Source: Candidatus Hecatella orcuttiae (lineage in GTDB: Archaea; Thermoproteota; Bathyarchaeia; Hecatellales; Hecatellaceae). Taken from it: a DNA stretch of 64,000 nucleotides. The stretch lies in contig MTLY02000003.1 in the NCBI GenBank assembly GCA_002011035.2, forward strand, positions 352,001 through 416,000, given 5' to 3'. The notes under the pieces are model-generated. The model did no database searches. It was not told where the DNA came from and saw only the letters and a list, made by a program, of their open reading frames with translations. Shown in pieces: positions 40,004 to 50,680 of the stretch. The translations under genes were made by a program, and so were the position numbers. Every line of letters starts with the position of its first letter. Within the stretch, counting starts at the first letter, position 1.

Positions 40004-40594
40004 GCCTAGGAAGTAGAGCTCAGAGCTTCTAGCCCGGCTGGCTTGGGGTTTGAAAACCCTCACCACCTCGAAGGCCTGCTTAAGCTCCCTTTGAAACTCT
40101 TTGGTCAGAGGGCCTTCGAAAACCTTGACCATGCAAACGCCCCCTTTCCGGAGGACTGCCTTAGCCAAGGTGAAGGCAGCCTGAGCCAGCTCTATCTGCC
40201 GGGCGTGGTCGACTTCCCAGACTCCTGAAATGTTGGGGGAAGCGTCGGATAGGACCACATCCACCTTGGTCTTGAAAGCTTCAAGAATCTTGGAGGGAAG
40301 ACTCGGGTCTAAGACATCGCCCACCATAAACCGGATGTTAGTCGCCTTCAGGGGGGCGACGGGTTTCACGTCTACGCCCAGCACCTCGCCTTTATCTCCG
40401 ACCAGCCGGCCGGCTGCCTGAAGCCAGCCGCCTGGGGCGCTACCGAGGTCTACAACCCTATCCCCCGGCTTGATGAACCTGTATTTTCCGTTGGCTTGAA
40501 GAAGCTTGTAGGCCGCTCGGCTACGGTAGCCTTCCGCTTTGGCTTTCTTGTAGTAAAAATCCCTCTTTCTCTCCTGCTTCCAGTTTCTACCCAT
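39968..40594 (-). CDS. rlmE: 23S rRNA 2'-O-methyltransferase FtsJ/RlmE
   Basis: GYRSRAAYKL, DLGSAPGGW, VLSDASP, KPQASRARSSELY. Confidence 0.95.
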   Translation of the reverse strand: MGRNWKQERKRDFYYKKAKAEGYRSRAAYKLLQANGKYRFIKPGDRVVDLGSAPGGWLQAAGRLVGDKGEVLGVDVKPVAPLKATNIRFMVGDVLDPSLPSKILEAFKTKVDVVLSDASPNISGVWEVDHARQIELAQAAFTLAKAVLRKGGVCMVKVFEGPLTKEFQRELKQAFEVVRVFKPQASRARSSELYFLGLGFREDSSQQV

Positions 40595-40958
40595 CCTGTT
40601 TTCTCCCAGCCTCCCTTTCCACCCACTGGTTCAGCCTTGGACATGTGCAGGGGGAAAGGGGGTTTCCGGCGCCGCATTTTTCTTGGAGATAGCAGAAGCC
40701 GCAGGGCAGCTCTATGAGGGTGTCCACGGTGATGGCTTTCTTCTTGGCCACCAGCTTGTAGGTCCATTTGCCTTCGTGGAGGATGCGCTGCCTCTCAACA
40801 AGCCCCGCTCTCTCCAGTCTCATGGAAATCCGAGAGCCTTCCCTGCTGGTGGCCTTTATCAGCTTCCAAAGCTGGCTTTGGAGGATCCCCTCTTGGCCTT
40901 TCTCCTTGATCATCCGAAGGATCTCGTATTCGAGATTCTCATGCCTCTTGCCGGACAA
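40587..40958 (-). CDS. Archaeal RPC34/RPC39 homologue (TFE beta): wHTH + Fe-S domain
   Basis: GILQSQLWK wHTH; C-terminal Cx2Cx5Cx10C (PCGFCYLQEKCGAGNPLSPCTC). Confidence 0.75.
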   Translation of the reverse strand: MSGKRHENLEYEILRMIKEKGQEGILQSQLWKLIKATSREGSRISMRLERAGLVERQRILHEGKWTYKLVAKKKAITVDTLIELPCGFCYLQEKCGAGNPLSPCTCPRLNQWVEREAGRKQDG

Positions 40959-41130
40959 GGGAAAGCTCCTGCTTCCAGCCGATGTTTCCCGAAATCCTAG
41001 GAAACATCACTCTTAAGATTTAATTGGAGGGCACGGTGTAAAAAGCTTTAGCCTAACAAACAGCAAACGCCACCCAACGCTTTAGACTTTTAGGAAAAAA
41101 TCTCCCCTAACCCTCCCCTGGGGTTAAAAT

Positions 41131-41580
41131 TCAGCTGAGCTTTGCTGTGGGAGGTAGGTCGAAGGCGATGGTGAGGAGGGATTTGAGTTTACCGAGAAGC
41201 TCGAAGACTTGAAGCCTATAAAGGTAGAGGTCTTTCTCCCCTTCATCCAAGTTTAAAAGTCTGCTGACCAAGGCTTTCTCAGCTCTGCCCCCTAGGATGA
41301 AGTATACGCCCTTCCCCAGTTCCAGTCTTCTCACAACCACGATGGGGAGAAAGAGGGAGCCGTGAAGCTCGGCAGGCATCACCTTAGCCACAGTTTCGAT
41401 GTCCTGCCGTCGGAAGCAGATTTTGCTTCCGTCCACAGCCTCCACTGAGGGTTCCTCCTCCCGGAGAAGCTGACCTAAGGTTTTACGGGTCTTGGGCAGA
41501 TGCTTGTTAAGCCTCTCCACCATGTGCTCCACTTGGGAGAGGTAGCGTTCATACCGTTGGTTCAGCCACACAGCTTCCAC
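41131..41580 (-). CDS. DUF61 family protein
   Basis: LNKHLPKTRKTLGQLLREEEP, DGS, LFLPIVV. Confidence 0.8.
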   Translation of the reverse strand: MEAVWLNQRYERYLSQVEHMVERLNKHLPKTRKTLGQLLREEEPSVEAVDGSKICFRRQDIETVAKVMPAELHGSLFLPIVVVRRLELGKGVYFILGGRAEKALVSRLLNLDEGEKDLYLYRLQVFELLGKLKSLLTIAFDLPPTAKLS

Positions 41581-41719
41581 CCCCTTCCCAGGGGGGCGCA
41601 GTCAAGATCTCCGTCCCCTTGGGAAGCTAAAGGTTTTACCCCGCCGGCTTTCAGCTGGGAACTTCTCCATAAATGTTTATGAGCATCTGTGGATATGAAA
41701 ACTCTTGGAGGCGGTTAAC

Positions 41720-42337
41720 TTGTCGTGGGATGAGTTTTCTGAATGGTGGAAGCGCAGAAGGTTTCCCTTCCCAGGGTTCGGGCGATGGTTCTATGAAGGC
41801 TTCGAAGACATGATGAAGGAAATAGACCGCATGATGGAAGACCTGTTCAAAGGCTTCAAAAACATCCCCGAAGACATGATAAGGGAACGCAAGCTTCCCG
41901 ATGGAAGAACCATCCGAGAAATAGGCCCCATGGTCTACGGGTACTCCGTAACCATAGGCCCGGATGGAAAGCCTGTGATCAGAGAGTTCGGCAACATCAA
42001 GCCGTCCGCAAGGCCTAAGCTGGGCGGTCTAGGCCCGGGGTTAGACATAAAGACTGAGCGAGAGCCCTTGGTCGACGTGATCTCCGACGACGGGAACATC
42101 AAGGTCATAGCCGAGCTTCCCGGAGTGGAGAAAACCGACATCAAGCTTCACGCAACCTCAAACACGCTGACAATCCACGTGGATAACCCTCAAAGGAAAT
42201 ACTTTAAGGAGCTGGAGTTGCCTGAGGAGGTAGATCCGAAAACAGCTAAAAGCACCTACAGAAACGGTGTGCTCGAGGTAACGTTGGCGAAGAAGGAGAA
42301 AAAGAAACCGAAAGGGGAGCCCATCGCCATCGAATAA
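41720..42337 (+). CDS. hsp20: Archaeal small heat shock protein Hsp20
   Basis: GPMVYGYSVTIGPDGKPVIREFGN, REPLVDV, YRNGVLEV. Confidence 0.95.
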   Translation: MSWDEFSEWWKRRRFPFPGFGRWFYEGFEDMMKEIDRMMEDLFKGFKNIPEDMIRERKLPDGRTIREIGPMVYGYSVTIGPDGKPVIREFGNIKPSARPKLGGLGPGLDIKTEREPLVDVISDDGNIKVIAELPGVEKTDIKLHATSNTLTIHVDNPQRKYFKELELPEEVDPKTAKSTYRNGVLEVTLAKKEKKKPKGEPIAIE

Positions 42338-42414
42338 ACGGTCTCCGGGTAGAAGGCTCAAAGAACGGCTGCCAGCCAAAACCACAACAGCTTCTTTTCA
42401 ACCCAGCGAAAAAG

Positions 42415-42837
42415 GTGGAAAGTTTGAATGCTGGAATAACCTCCACGGAGAAATATCTTGAAATGCTGGAAAAAGACTTGGGGAAGCTGGAATACGACCT
42501 CCGAACCCTCAGGAAATGGGTTTACTTGGATAAGAAAATCTTCTTCGACTGCGAAACCTCAGACTTGGAAGGTCAGCTTAAACAACTTCTTGAAAGACGA
42601 GACCTGAGCAGGCATGTGGTTTTGGCTGTGGTTAAAAACCAGGCTCAAAGTCTCTCCCTGAGGAGCATCACTTACACTAACATCGGCAACAAGACCATTG
42701 AAGACTTCATAAAACACTTCACTTTAATCCTCAAGACTCCCATGACCTTAGAGCTTCAGCTTGAGGGCTTGGAGCTTGTGGACTGCGTAGGCTACAGCTA
42801 CGTAACATCGGAAGAAGCTGAATCCTTGGGAAGCTGA
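42415..42837 (+). CDS. Hypothetical protein
   Basis: 140-aa ORF filling the gap between hsp20 and rpl31e; no recognised motif. Confidence 0.6.
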   Translation: MESLNAGITSTEKYLEMLEKDLGKLEYDLRTLRKWVYLDKKIFFDCETSDLEGQLKQLLERRDLSRHVVLAVVKNQAQSLSLRSITYTNIGNKTIEDFIKHFTLILKTPMTLELQLEGLELVDCVGYSYVTSEEAESLGS

Positions 42838-42852
42838 AAACCGGGTTTAACC

Positions 42853-43197
42853 CTACTGGGCAGCCTCTGCCAAGTAGGCTGTGGCTACACCCTTCCTGTC
42901 CTTGGTCACTCTGACCCTTATTTTTCTGGGAGGCTTTTCGATGCTTCGCCCCCAGATGAATTGGTTTAGCTTACCGTCAACCCGCACCCGGTCAACTTTC
43001 ATGTGTTTTTTGATGAAGTCTTTCAAGGCCTTTACAGCTTTAGGAGTGCGGTAAGGTCGGGGGGCATTCCACACTCTGCCAAACGGCACCACGTAGAGCC
43101 TTTCTTCTTCAACCTCTTCTCCAGCTTCTTCCTCTTCCTCCTCCCGCTCCTCGGCTTCATCTTCGCTGGGTTTAGAAGAATCTTCAGCCATAGACAA
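42853..43197 (-). CDS. rpl31e: 50S ribosomal protein L31e (acidic N-terminal extension)
   Basis: ERLYVVP, RTPKAV, LNQFIWGRSIEKPPRKIRV. Confidence 0.95.
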   Translation of the reverse strand: MSMAEDSSKPSEDEAEEREEEEEEAGEEVEEERLYVVPFGRVWNAPRPYRTPKAVKALKDFIKKHMKVDRVRVDGKLNQFIWGRSIEKPPRKIRVRVTKDRKGVATAYLAEAAQ

Positions 43198-43207
43198 CGC
43201 CCGCTGA

Positions 43208-43363
43208 TTAGATTTTTATCTTCGTCCTCCGCCAATGTCTTCGAGCAGGGCTTCTCCTGACTTTTCCTTTGGTTTTAGCCATAATCCAAGCTGGCACAGG
43301 CTTCGCTGCCTTCAACTCTTTGGACAGTCTCAGTTTTTTGGGGAAAACCTTGCGGCTTGTCAA
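43208..43363 (-). CDS. rpl39e: 50S ribosomal protein L39e
   Basis: Not in ORF track. Own translation: MTSRKVFPKKLRLSKELKAAKPVPAWIMAKTKGKVRRSPARRHWRRTKIKI. Confidence 0.93.
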   Translation of the reverse strand: MTSRKVFPKKLRLSKELKAAKPVPAWIMAKTKGKVRRSPARRHWRRTKIKI

Positions 43364-43378
43364 AGGCTATTCAACCTT

Positions 43379-43711
43379 CTAGATTCTCCTGATGGTTATA
43401 TCTTTTCGGGTGGAGGTAAGTCTTCTTAGAAGCTCCTTCAGCTGCTGGTCTGTCAAGGGAGCCGGAACCCGCCCGGACTGAGCCAGCTGAATCAGCTGCC
43501 TCTCCAGCTGCTCGGCGAATTCAGGCCTAACCATCTTAATGTTGCTGAGCCTCAGCCTCGCCTCAGGAGTTAATATAACCCTGAGGAGGGCTTGCTTTTC
43601 ACTTTCAGCGCGAACCTTCGCCTCTTCAGCCGCTGCCTGTCTTCGCAGCTCCACCATCCTCTGCTGCTTCAATCTTTCAAGCTCCTCATCGTCGACGGAC
43701 AAGACTTCCAT
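43379..43711 (-). CDS. PDCD5-family DNA-binding protein
   Basis: [25 protein letters not shown]. Confidence 0.93.
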   Translation of the reverse strand: MEVLSVDDEELERLKQQRMVELRRQAAAEEAKVRAESEKQALLRVILTPEARLRLSNIKMVRPEFAEQLERQLIQLAQSGRVPAPLTDQQLKELLRRLTSTRKDITIRRI

Positions 43712-43712
43712 C

Positions 43713-44153
43713 TCACCTCTCAGGACTTTTCATCTCCTCCTTAATCTCCGCAGCCAGCCTGTCCAGGAGGCTTCTCCCTTTCCCGCTTAGCGCTCTTCCC
43801 TTCGAAGACTCTTTTCTAACTAGGCCGGCTTTCTCCAGCTGCTGGAAGATTTTTCTCAGAATGTTTCCGCTTCCCTTCTTGAAATGCTCAGGCCTCCTTT
43901 TACCTGTTTTTCTTCCGCCATATTCCAGCCTAAGCCGGGAAACCCCTACAGGGCCTCTCACGTAAAGCTTTCGGAGAACAGAGGCGGAGCGAACGTACCA
44001 CCAGTCATCCCTGTCCGGCGGCCTCTGTCTGGGGGCTCCAGTCTTTACGTATTCAGCCCAAGGGGGCGGACTGACTTCTTCCACATTCTCCATCAGATAT
44101 TTGGAGAGCTTCTCTATCAAGAGCTCTGGAGGAACATCGTACACCGACGGCAA
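43713..44153 (-). CDS. rps19e: 30S ribosomal protein S19e
   Basis: [37 protein letters not shown]. Confidence 0.97.
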   Translation of the reverse strand: MPSVYDVPPELLIEKLSKYLMENVEEVSPPPWAEYVKTGAPRQRPPDRDDWWYVRSASVLRKLYVRGPVGVSRLRLEYGGRKTGKRRPEHFKKGSGNILRKIFQQLEKAGLVRKESSKGRALSGKGRSLLDRLAAEIKEEMKSPER

Positions 44154-44189
44154 GCCTGACCCTTCCCGAGTATGTATGGATGTAAAGTA

Positions 44190-44549
44190 TTACGGTAAAC
44201 GTTTCAAGTTAAACTTTTTGTCTGCCCGCCGCCCCCCGCTTTTAAAGGGAAGACGTTTGATGCGGCCACATTGCAGGCAAGTTATGGTCAGATGAGGCTC
44301 CCTCCGCTCCTGAATTCGCACCCTAGAGGTCAGGCCTGGAATGAGCAGCCTGTTACACGTCCGGCAGACCATGGTTCTCCAACGGGCGGGCAGACGGACC
44401 TTGTGCTTCATGGCTATCTTCCGAGCTAGGTGAACATAACGCTGGGCTAGATTTGGATGTTGGCGGTGTGTCTCTAACGCCAAGTTTAGCAAGATGTTGA
44501 CTCTTTCCCGGGCAATCTGCTTGGTTTCGCCTTTAGGAGTCTTCGTCAA
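44190..44549 (-). CDS. rnp4: RNase P protein Rpp21
   Basis: IARERVNIL, CRTC..LIPG, ITCLQCG. Confidence 0.93.
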   Translation of the reverse strand: MTKTPKGETKQIARERVNILLNLALETHRQHPNLAQRYVHLARKIAMKHKVRLPARWRTMVCRTCNRLLIPGLTSRVRIQERREPHLTITCLQCGRIKRLPFKSGGRRADKKFNLKRLP

Positions 44550-44618
44550 GCCACCCCCTTGGAAGCCAGCGGAGTTATTTTATAGAAGAAAACATCTGTT
44601 CCATTATAGGTTATCTGC

Positions 44619-45338
44619 TTGTTAACTTTTCTGCTGGCTGAAGCAGCCTTGGAGGTTATCCCGCCGGAGATAAGGAGACATCGCCAAGTTGTTGCTCTTT
44701 CCCGTAGGCTGGGGAAAAAAGCCGAAGTCCAGCTGCTGGATAAATCCTACCACTACAGAGCCATGGGAAGCTTGAAGGATAAGGAAAAAAGAGGGCGCCC
44801 TGACATCGTGCACCTAACTCTCCTAGAAGCCTTGGGCTCCCCCCTCAACCTCGCAGGCCTTCTTCGAACCTACGTCCACACCTACGACGACCGCGTCATT
44901 TTCGTTAACCCTCAGCTGAGGCTTCCTAGGAACTACAATCGATTCCTAGGGCTGATGGAGCAACTCTTTCAGGCGGGGAGGGTTCCCCCCGAAGAAGATA
45001 CCTTGCTAAAACTTGAAAACCTCTCCTTCCCGGAGCTTGTCGCCCACGTGAAGCCCACTCTCTTGGTTGCTTTAACCCGGAAAGGAAATCCGAAGACTCC
45101 CCTGGAGGTCGCGGAGGAACTCTCAGCCTCACCCCGCCCGGCTGTCGTGGTAGGTGGCTTCCCCCACGGCTGCTTCTCCAAGGCTGTTCTAGAAACAGCC
45201 GACTGGTCGGCTTGCATCGACCCGCAGAGTCTGGAGGCGTGGGTGGCTGCTTCGAGGATCATTTCCGCCTACGAAACAGCCATAGGGCTTCCGGAGAAAA
45301 GGCTGGAAACTTTGAGAAAATCGAAGACGCATAAGTAG
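44619..45338 (+). CDS. nep1: 16S rRNA pseudouridine N1-methyltransferase Nep1
   Basis: LLDKSYH, RGRPDIVH, RLPRNYNRF, GGFPHG. Confidence 0.95.
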   Translation: MLTFLLAEAALEVIPPEIRRHRQVVALSRRLGKKAEVQLLDKSYHYRAMGSLKDKEKRGRPDIVHLTLLEALGSPLNLAGLLRTYVHTYDDRVIFVNPQLRLPRNYNRFLGLMEQLFQAGRVPPEEDTLLKLENLSFPELVAHVKPTLLVALTRKGNPKTPLEVAEELSASPRPAVVVGGFPHGCFSKAVLETADWSACIDPQSLEAWVAASRIISAYETAIGLPEKRLETLRKSKTHK

Positions 45339-45382
45339 GCTGAGGACGGCTGGGCAGCGTAGCTCTATCTTTCCCAGCCTCT

Positions 45383-45775
45383 CTACTTCTCAAGCATCTC
45401 CTGCCTAAGCATGTCCCATCGGCCGTCTAAGACAGCGGAGACAACCCAGCCTTTCTCCACGGTGATGTGCGCTGTGTGGGGAGTTACAACCGGAAGAAGC
45501 ACTTGACCGGTTCGGTCCCCATAGCCGGCATGTCGGCTGTGGAAGGAGAACACAAACTCCCAACGGCCGGGGGCATCGGAGCGCACGATCTCTACAAGCT
45601 TGAGAGTCTCCTCCATGCCATCAAATCGAAAGGTGGGACTGTTCAGCAAAAACTCCCGGGCTATTTCCAGGCTTTGTTCTTCATCCACCGCTCCGCCAGT
45701 GTAGGATAGTGCTGCGTAGACGCCGAGTAGCAGGGCGACAGCTGCGAACGCTACGGTCAATGTGAGGCTTTTCAA
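45383..45775 (-). CDS. Secreted/membrane-anchored protein of unknown function
   Basis: N-terminal hydrophobic segment; SPTFRFDG...SRHAGYGDR motif. Confidence 0.65.
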   Translation of the reverse strand: MKSLTLTVAFAAVALLLGVYAALSYTGGAVDEEQSLEIAREFLLNSPTFRFDGMEETLKLVEIVRSDAPGRWEFVFSFHSRHAGYGDRTGQVLLPVVTPHTAHITVEKGWVVSAVLDGRWDMLRQEMLEK

Positions 45776-45895
45776 GGGAAAGCTTCCCCCGGCATTCCGG
45801 CGGGGTTTCTGGTGTTCTTTTGACTCATACGGACGTGGGCCTAAAACTTTATGTATTTTTTAAAAAATATAAAGAGCCTGAAGGTGCGTCGGGTA

Positions 45896-47857
45896 ATGCC
45901 TCCCTCCAAAACGGGAATAGACGTTCTGCTGAAAGAAGAGAGAATTTTTCACCCACCAAAAGACTTGGTGGAGCAGACCCATGTCAAAAAGTGGATGGAC
46001 GCTCACGGCATAAAGACCTACGAGGAACTGCTGGAAAAGGCCAAAGACCTAGAGTGGTTTTGGGGTGAAATCTCAAAGGAGCTGGTAGGTTGGTCTAAGC
46101 CCTACACCAAGGTTTTGGAGTGGAACCCCCCCTGGGTTAAGTGGTTCTTGGGCGCAGAGTACAACATCGTCTGCGATGCTTTAGACAGGCATGTGAAGAG
46201 TTGGAGAAAGAACAAAGTCGCCTACATCTGGGAGGGCGAGCCTGGAGACAGGGAAAAGCTGACCTACGCTGAACTGCATGGGAAAGTCTGCCAGGCTGCT
46301 AACGCCCTGAAAAGCTTGGGGGTGAAGAAAGGCGACAGGGTGGGAATATATCTGCCCATGATCCCCGAGCTTCCCATAGCCATGCTGGCATGCGCGAAGA
46401 TAGGAGCTTTGCACAGCGTTGTTTTCTCCGGTTTCAGCGCCCACGCCTTGAGAGACAGGGTTAACGACTCGGAGGCGAAGGTTGTCATCACCTGCGACGG
46501 CTTCTACAGGAGGGGGAAGACCGTTCCCTTGAAGAAGCAGACGGATGAGGCTCTTCAACAGGCGCCCAGCGTGGAGCATGTCATCGTCTACAAGCGGACA
46601 GGCGGCGAGGTTTCTTGGAATGAGAAAAGGGACCTCTGGTGGCATGAGGTGGTAGACGGCCAGAAGAAAACATGTGAGACGGAGATCTTGGACGCCAACG
46701 ACTTCCTCTACATCCTCTATACTTCCGGAACCACGGGAAAGCCCAAGGGGGTGGTTCATGCCCACGGAGGCTACGCCGTGGGGACAGCCTTCACCCTCAA
46801 ATGGGTTTTCGACTTGAAGGATGAGGATGTTTGGTGGTGTGCGGCGGACATCGGCTGGGTCACAGGGCACAGCTACATAGTCTACGCGCCTCTGATTTTG
46901 GGGGTTACCTCAGTGCTTTACGAGGGCGCGCCGGACTACCCGAAGCCTGACAGGTGGTGGTCCATCGTGGAGCGGTATGGGGTGACTGTGCTCTACACTT
47001 CGCCCACCAGCATCAGGCTTTTCATGCGCTATGGGGAAGAGTGGCCTGCGAAACATGACCTGAGCTCCCTGAGGTTGCTGGGCACGGTGGGGGAGCCCAT
47101 CAACCCCGAGGCTTGGATGTGGTACTACAAGCACATCGGAGGGGAACGCTGCCCCATCATGGACACCTGGTGGCAGACGGAGACGGGTAGCTTCTGCATC
47201 TCACCTCTCCCCATCACCCCCCTGAAGCCCGGCTCGGCTACAAGGCCTCTGCCCGGGTGGACGGCTGATGTCTACGATGAGGAGGGAAAACCCTTGGTGA
47301 ACCAAGGAGGCAACCTCGTCCTCCTCACCCCTTGGCCCGCTATGTTCCGCGGCCTCTACAAGGACCCTGAAAGATACAGGGAAGTCTACTGGAGCAAGTA
47401 CCCCAACGTCTACCTGGCGGGGGATGTAGCCCGCATCGACAGGGACGGCTACTTCTGGATCCAAGGGCGAGCCGACGACGTCCTCAATGTGGCAGGCCAC
47501 CGGATAGGCAACTCCGAGGTGGAGTCAGCCCTCGTCAGCCACGAGGCTGTGGCTGAGGCCGCTGTGATCGGGAAACCCCACGAGGTGAAGGGAGAAGCCA
47601 TCGTCGCCTACGTGGTCTTGAAGAGAGGCGTGGAGCCCACGGAGAAGCTGCGGGAAGAGCTGAGGGGGCATGTGGCCCGGGAGATAGGGAAGCTGGCGAG
47701 GCCTGAGGAAGTGTGGTTCGTCTCCGACCTCCCCAAAACCCGAAGCGGCAAAATCATGCGGCGGGTGGTGAAGGCGGTGGTCTTGGGGAAGCCGGCGGGG
47801 GACATATCCACCCTCAGCAACCCCGAGGCTGTGGAGGAGATAGGCAAAGCCCGGTGA
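45896..47857 (+). CDS. acs: AMP-forming acetyl-CoA synthetase
   Basis: [38 protein letters not shown]. Confidence 0.96.
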   Translation: MPPSKTGIDVLLKEERIFHPPKDLVEQTHVKKWMDAHGIKTYEELLEKAKDLEWFWGEISKELVGWSKPYTKVLEWNPPWVKWFLGAEYNIVCDALDRHVKSWRKNKVAYIWEGEPGDREKLTYAELHGKVCQAANALKSLGVKKGDRVGIYLPMIPELPIAMLACAKIGALHSVVFSGFSAHALRDRVNDSEAKVVITCDGFYRRGKTVPLKKQTDEALQQAPSVEHVIVYKRTGGEVSWNEKRDLWWHEVVDGQKKTCETEILDANDFLYILYTSGTTGKPKGVVHAHGGYAVGTAFTLKWVFDLKDEDVWWCAADIGWVTGHSYIVYAPLILGVTSVLYEGAPDYPKPDRWWSIVERYGVTVLYTSPTSIRLFMRYGEEWPAKHDLSSLRLLGTVGEPINPEAWMWYYKHIGGERCPIMDTWWQTETGSFCISPLPITPLKPGSATRPLPGWTADVYDEEGKPLVNQGGNLVLLTPWPAMFRGLYKDPERYREVYWSKYPNVYLAGDVARIDRDGYFWIQGRADDVLNVAGHRIGNSEVESALVSHEAVAEAAVIGKPHEVKGEAIVAYVVLKRGVEPTEKLREELRGHVAREIGKLARPEEVWFVSDLPKTRSGKIMRRVVKAVVLGKPAGDISTLSNPEAVEEIGKAR

Positions 47858-47919
47858 AGGCTGGGCCAAATCTTCAACAGTTTTAAATCAGGTTCCACCA
47901 TAATCCTAGAAGGAGCCGG

Positions 47920-48012
47920 GCGGCCGTAGTCTAGCTTGGTTAGGACATCAGCCTGCCAACCTTGGGAGGCAGAACGCTGAGGACCCGGGTTCAAATCCCG
48001 GCGGCCGCACCA
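47920..48012 (+). tRNA. tRNA-Gly(GCC) with 16-nt intron at canonical 37/38 (47959-47974), encoded CCA
   Basis: Acceptor GCGGCCG/CGGCCGC; TCAGC-CTGCCA[intron]C-GCTGA; T-arm CCGGG-TTCAAAT-CCCGG; CTGC/GCAG central helix of relaxed BHB. Confidence 0.93.
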
Positions 48013-48037
48013 TTCTAGAGCTGAATAGGTACTTTTT

Positions 48038-48184
48038 TCATCGGTCTACTAGCGGCACCCATTTTAACGTCTCCTTCAGGGCTTGGCTGAGGGCTTTCAG
48101 TTGGTGGTCTTCCAGTTCTTGAGGGTTGATGTATACTCTGGCCGGCTGGGATAGGGCTTCTCCCGCGAGGATTTTCTTCAGCAA
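48038..48184 (-). pseudogene. Short gene remnant abutting tRNA-Gly, possibly an integrase C-terminal tail
   Basis: LLKKILAGEALSQPARVYINPQELEDHQLKALSQALKETLKWVPLVDR*; resemblance from memory only, no catalytic residues. Confidence 0.3.
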
Positions 48185-48395
48185 TCATGCTTCTCATAGG
48201 CTCGGAGCCATTAAGGTGGTTGAAGACTGATCATGTTCACTCTAAACCAACTGCCTACATTAGGTATCTGTGGACTCTGCGGACTTGAATTCATCGCAAG
48301 GTTAATACTATCATGTGGACTAACTTGTGCAGGTTCTTTACCATACCAAGTTAGCCGGGACGAACGAAACCGTTGCCGAATGGTGGATGGTTTTT

Positions 48396-49625
48396 TTAAA
48401 TTCCAGCAGCTATTTTGGCTTCTGTCCATGCTTCAAAGTATTTGTCCCATATCGGTGGATCTGGGTGTTCCCAGTTGTAGAAGATTCCTTTCTCCAACAG
48501 GTCTTCAGGTTTATCCAATCCCAACAGTTTTATTATTTCGGGGTCCGCCAGTTCCCATCCTTTTACATTCGTGGATGCGTAATAGTAAACGTTGGTCAGA
48601 AATTGGCCTGTTCGAGGATCTAAGAAGGCATTTATGTAGTCATGGGCAAGCTCGTAGGTTCCTCTTTCTGGAGAGCCTTCTCCCACATTCATAGCGTAAG
48701 GCCAGATGAACAGAGCCTCTCCCGTCCTGTAATTGGCTCCAGGTGTAAGCCCCAGATAGACCACGTCCAAACCTTCAGCCAACCCTGCAGCGTACAATTC
48801 CGTCCACATGGTTGCAATGGCTACTTCGCCTTCTTTAAGACTTGCAAAAAGCTCATACTGGTCATCGTAGATAATTTTTGCTTGCTTAAACGCTTTCATC
48901 ACCGCATCTTTCCAAGCTTCTATCTGGTCATCAGTAGGATTTTTGAACTCTTCCACTGTAAACAATGCGTCGAACATAGGCCCAGCAATTTCAGAAGGAG
49001 CATCGTACATGGCCGTTCCTACCTCTGCATATTTTGGATCCCACAAGCACGACCAACTGTCAGGCTCTGGTAATCCCGCATCCCGGATTAGGTCTCTTCT
49101 GTAAATAATCGAAGTCATTCCCATATCCGTCACCAGCATATAGAGTTGGCCGTTGTGTCTGCCGTATTTTTCAACTAGTGCTTTAAAGAAAGGATGTACA
49201 TCTTGGTAGTTAGGTATCAAATCTAAGTCTATCGGCTCTAGCGCATCAAACTCCAAATATCTCTTGAAATGAGTCCAATAGCCGCCGAAGTTGGAGGCGT
49301 CAAACCTATCTCCAATCGCTATCCTTGCCAACGCTGAATCTTCATCAGGAAAAATGACGTGCGATACCTTTACATCCGGATGTTTTTCCCTAAACGCAAG
49401 CCACAGTTCTTCAACATCATACCCAGCCCACGTCCAAACTATTATCTCATTAGCTTTCGGTGGTGGTACTGGAGTTGGCGTAGGAGTTGGTGCGGGTGTC
49501 GGGGTTGGGGCTGGAGCGGGCCTTGTGGCCTGCCAAGCGGCGTAGCCGCCCACACCGGCCACCACCGCCGCAACCACGGCGGCGATGCCGTATTTCAGGG
49601 CCTTTCTTCGAGATTCATTACTCAT
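48396..49625 (-). CDS. PotD/PotF-like ABC substrate-binding protein with Tat-like signal
   Basis: SRRKALK twin-Arg + hydrophobic segment, PT linker, VWTWAGY, DSWSCLWDPKY, AHDYINAFLDP. Confidence 0.85.
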   Translation of the reverse strand: MSNESRRKALKYGIAAVVAAVVAGVGGYAAWQATRPAPAPTPTPAPTPTPTPVPPPKANEIIVWTWAGYDVEELWLAFREKHPDVKVSHVIFPDEDSALARIAIGDRFDASNFGGYWTHFKRYLEFDALEPIDLDLIPNYQDVHPFFKALVEKYGRHNGQLYMLVTDMGMTSIIYRRDLIRDAGLPEPDSWSCLWDPKYAEVGTAMYDAPSEIAGPMFDALFTVEEFKNPTDDQIEAWKDAVMKAFKQAKIIYDDQYELFASLKEGEVAIATMWTELYAAGLAEGLDVVYLGLTPGANYRTGEALFIWPYAMNVGEGSPERGTYELAHDYINAFLDPRTGQFLTNVYYYASTNVKGWELADPEIIKLLGLDKPEDLLEKGIFYNWEHPDPPIWDKYFEAWTEAKIAAGI

Positions 49626-49902
49626 TTTTATATATCTCTCCTAAAAGCGGCTGTTTATTATTCCGGTTCAGATTATATATAAATATTACGGTTTACTGAA
49701 CGATGTTGCTAAGATTTTTTGTTGGGCCGGATTTGCAAGCGTAATTTGCGGACTGCAGGGGTCAAGCTGATTGCTTCATGATTTAGGATCCTATTTATAA
49801 GTCTCTCTGTCACTGTAGAAACCCGGAAAACTCTCGACTAGGTTTTTCTGATTTTTCTAACTAAAGTCAACTTCTCAAATGCCTAGCTTTGAGTTGGCGT
49901 CT

Positions 49903-50679
49903 TCAGGCTGATATTCTTTCGATCATCCTCATCAAAAACGCAAGTCCGATGGCAAAAGACAATATGATGGAGGACATAGCCGTTAAGATTGGCACGAATT
50001 TTGGCAGTTTCATCAGCAAAGAGTAAATATACACAGGCGCTGTTTGCTCTGTCCCGGCAAGGAAAACCGCGAGGGCAACATCTTCCCACGAGATGATAAA
50101 GGCTAAAATGGCGGCCACCGCCACTCCTGGCATTATAAGAGGCAACGTTACTTTCCGAAAAGTGGTGAATTTACCCGCGCCCAAATCCATGGCAGCCTCT
50201 TCAAGACTTATGTCAAGAGCTATGAATCTGGAGGTTAAGACCAAGGTAGTGTAGGGTATGGTGATTAGAATATGACCTATAATGATGACTATTAACGATG
50301 GGTTTACCCCCATTTTTAATAAAAAGGACATCAAACTGAAACCCATGATGATGTAAGGTGTCACCATGGGCATCAGCAAGAGCCCTGTGAAAATTTTTTT
50401 CCCAGCGAAGTTTGTGCGCGCTAGTGCATACCCTCCGCAGATTCCGAAGATTACAGCGGCTCCCGTGGTAACGGAAGCGACCATGAGGGAGTATTTAACG
50501 GCATTTATAGCGGCTGGAAATCGGAGAAGTTCGATGTACCATTTGAGGGTGGGGAAGTTTCTTAAGGGCAGAGTAGAAGTTTCGTTGAGGGATAGCAGTA
50601 ACAGTATGGCGATGGGGAAAAATGTGAGTATCAACAAGAATCCAAGTACGACAATGAACATTATACTCGATTTCGTCAT
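49903..50679 (-). CDS. ABC permease, PotC-like
   Basis: TLKWY, LEEAAMDLGA, VTLPLIMPG. Confidence 0.9.
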   Translation of the reverse strand: MTKSSIMFIVVLGFLLILTFFPIAILLLLSLNETSTLPLRNFPTLKWYIELLRFPAAINAVKYSLMVASVTTGAAVIFGICGGYALARTNFAGKKIFTGLLLMPMVTPYIIMGFSLMSFLLKMGVNPSLIVIIIGHILITIPYTTLVLTSRFIALDISLEEAAMDLGAGKFTTFRKVTLPLIMPGVAVAAILAFIISWEDVALAVFLAGTEQTAPVYIYSLLMKLPKFVPILTAMSSIILSFAIGLAFLMRMIERISA

Positions 50680-50680
50680 T

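Noticed and set aside
48227-48246. CTGATCATGT...CTCTAAA reminiscent of tRNA-Pyl
   Set aside because: No anticodon stem, T-arm or acceptor stem can be formed; no pylT found by eye in the window
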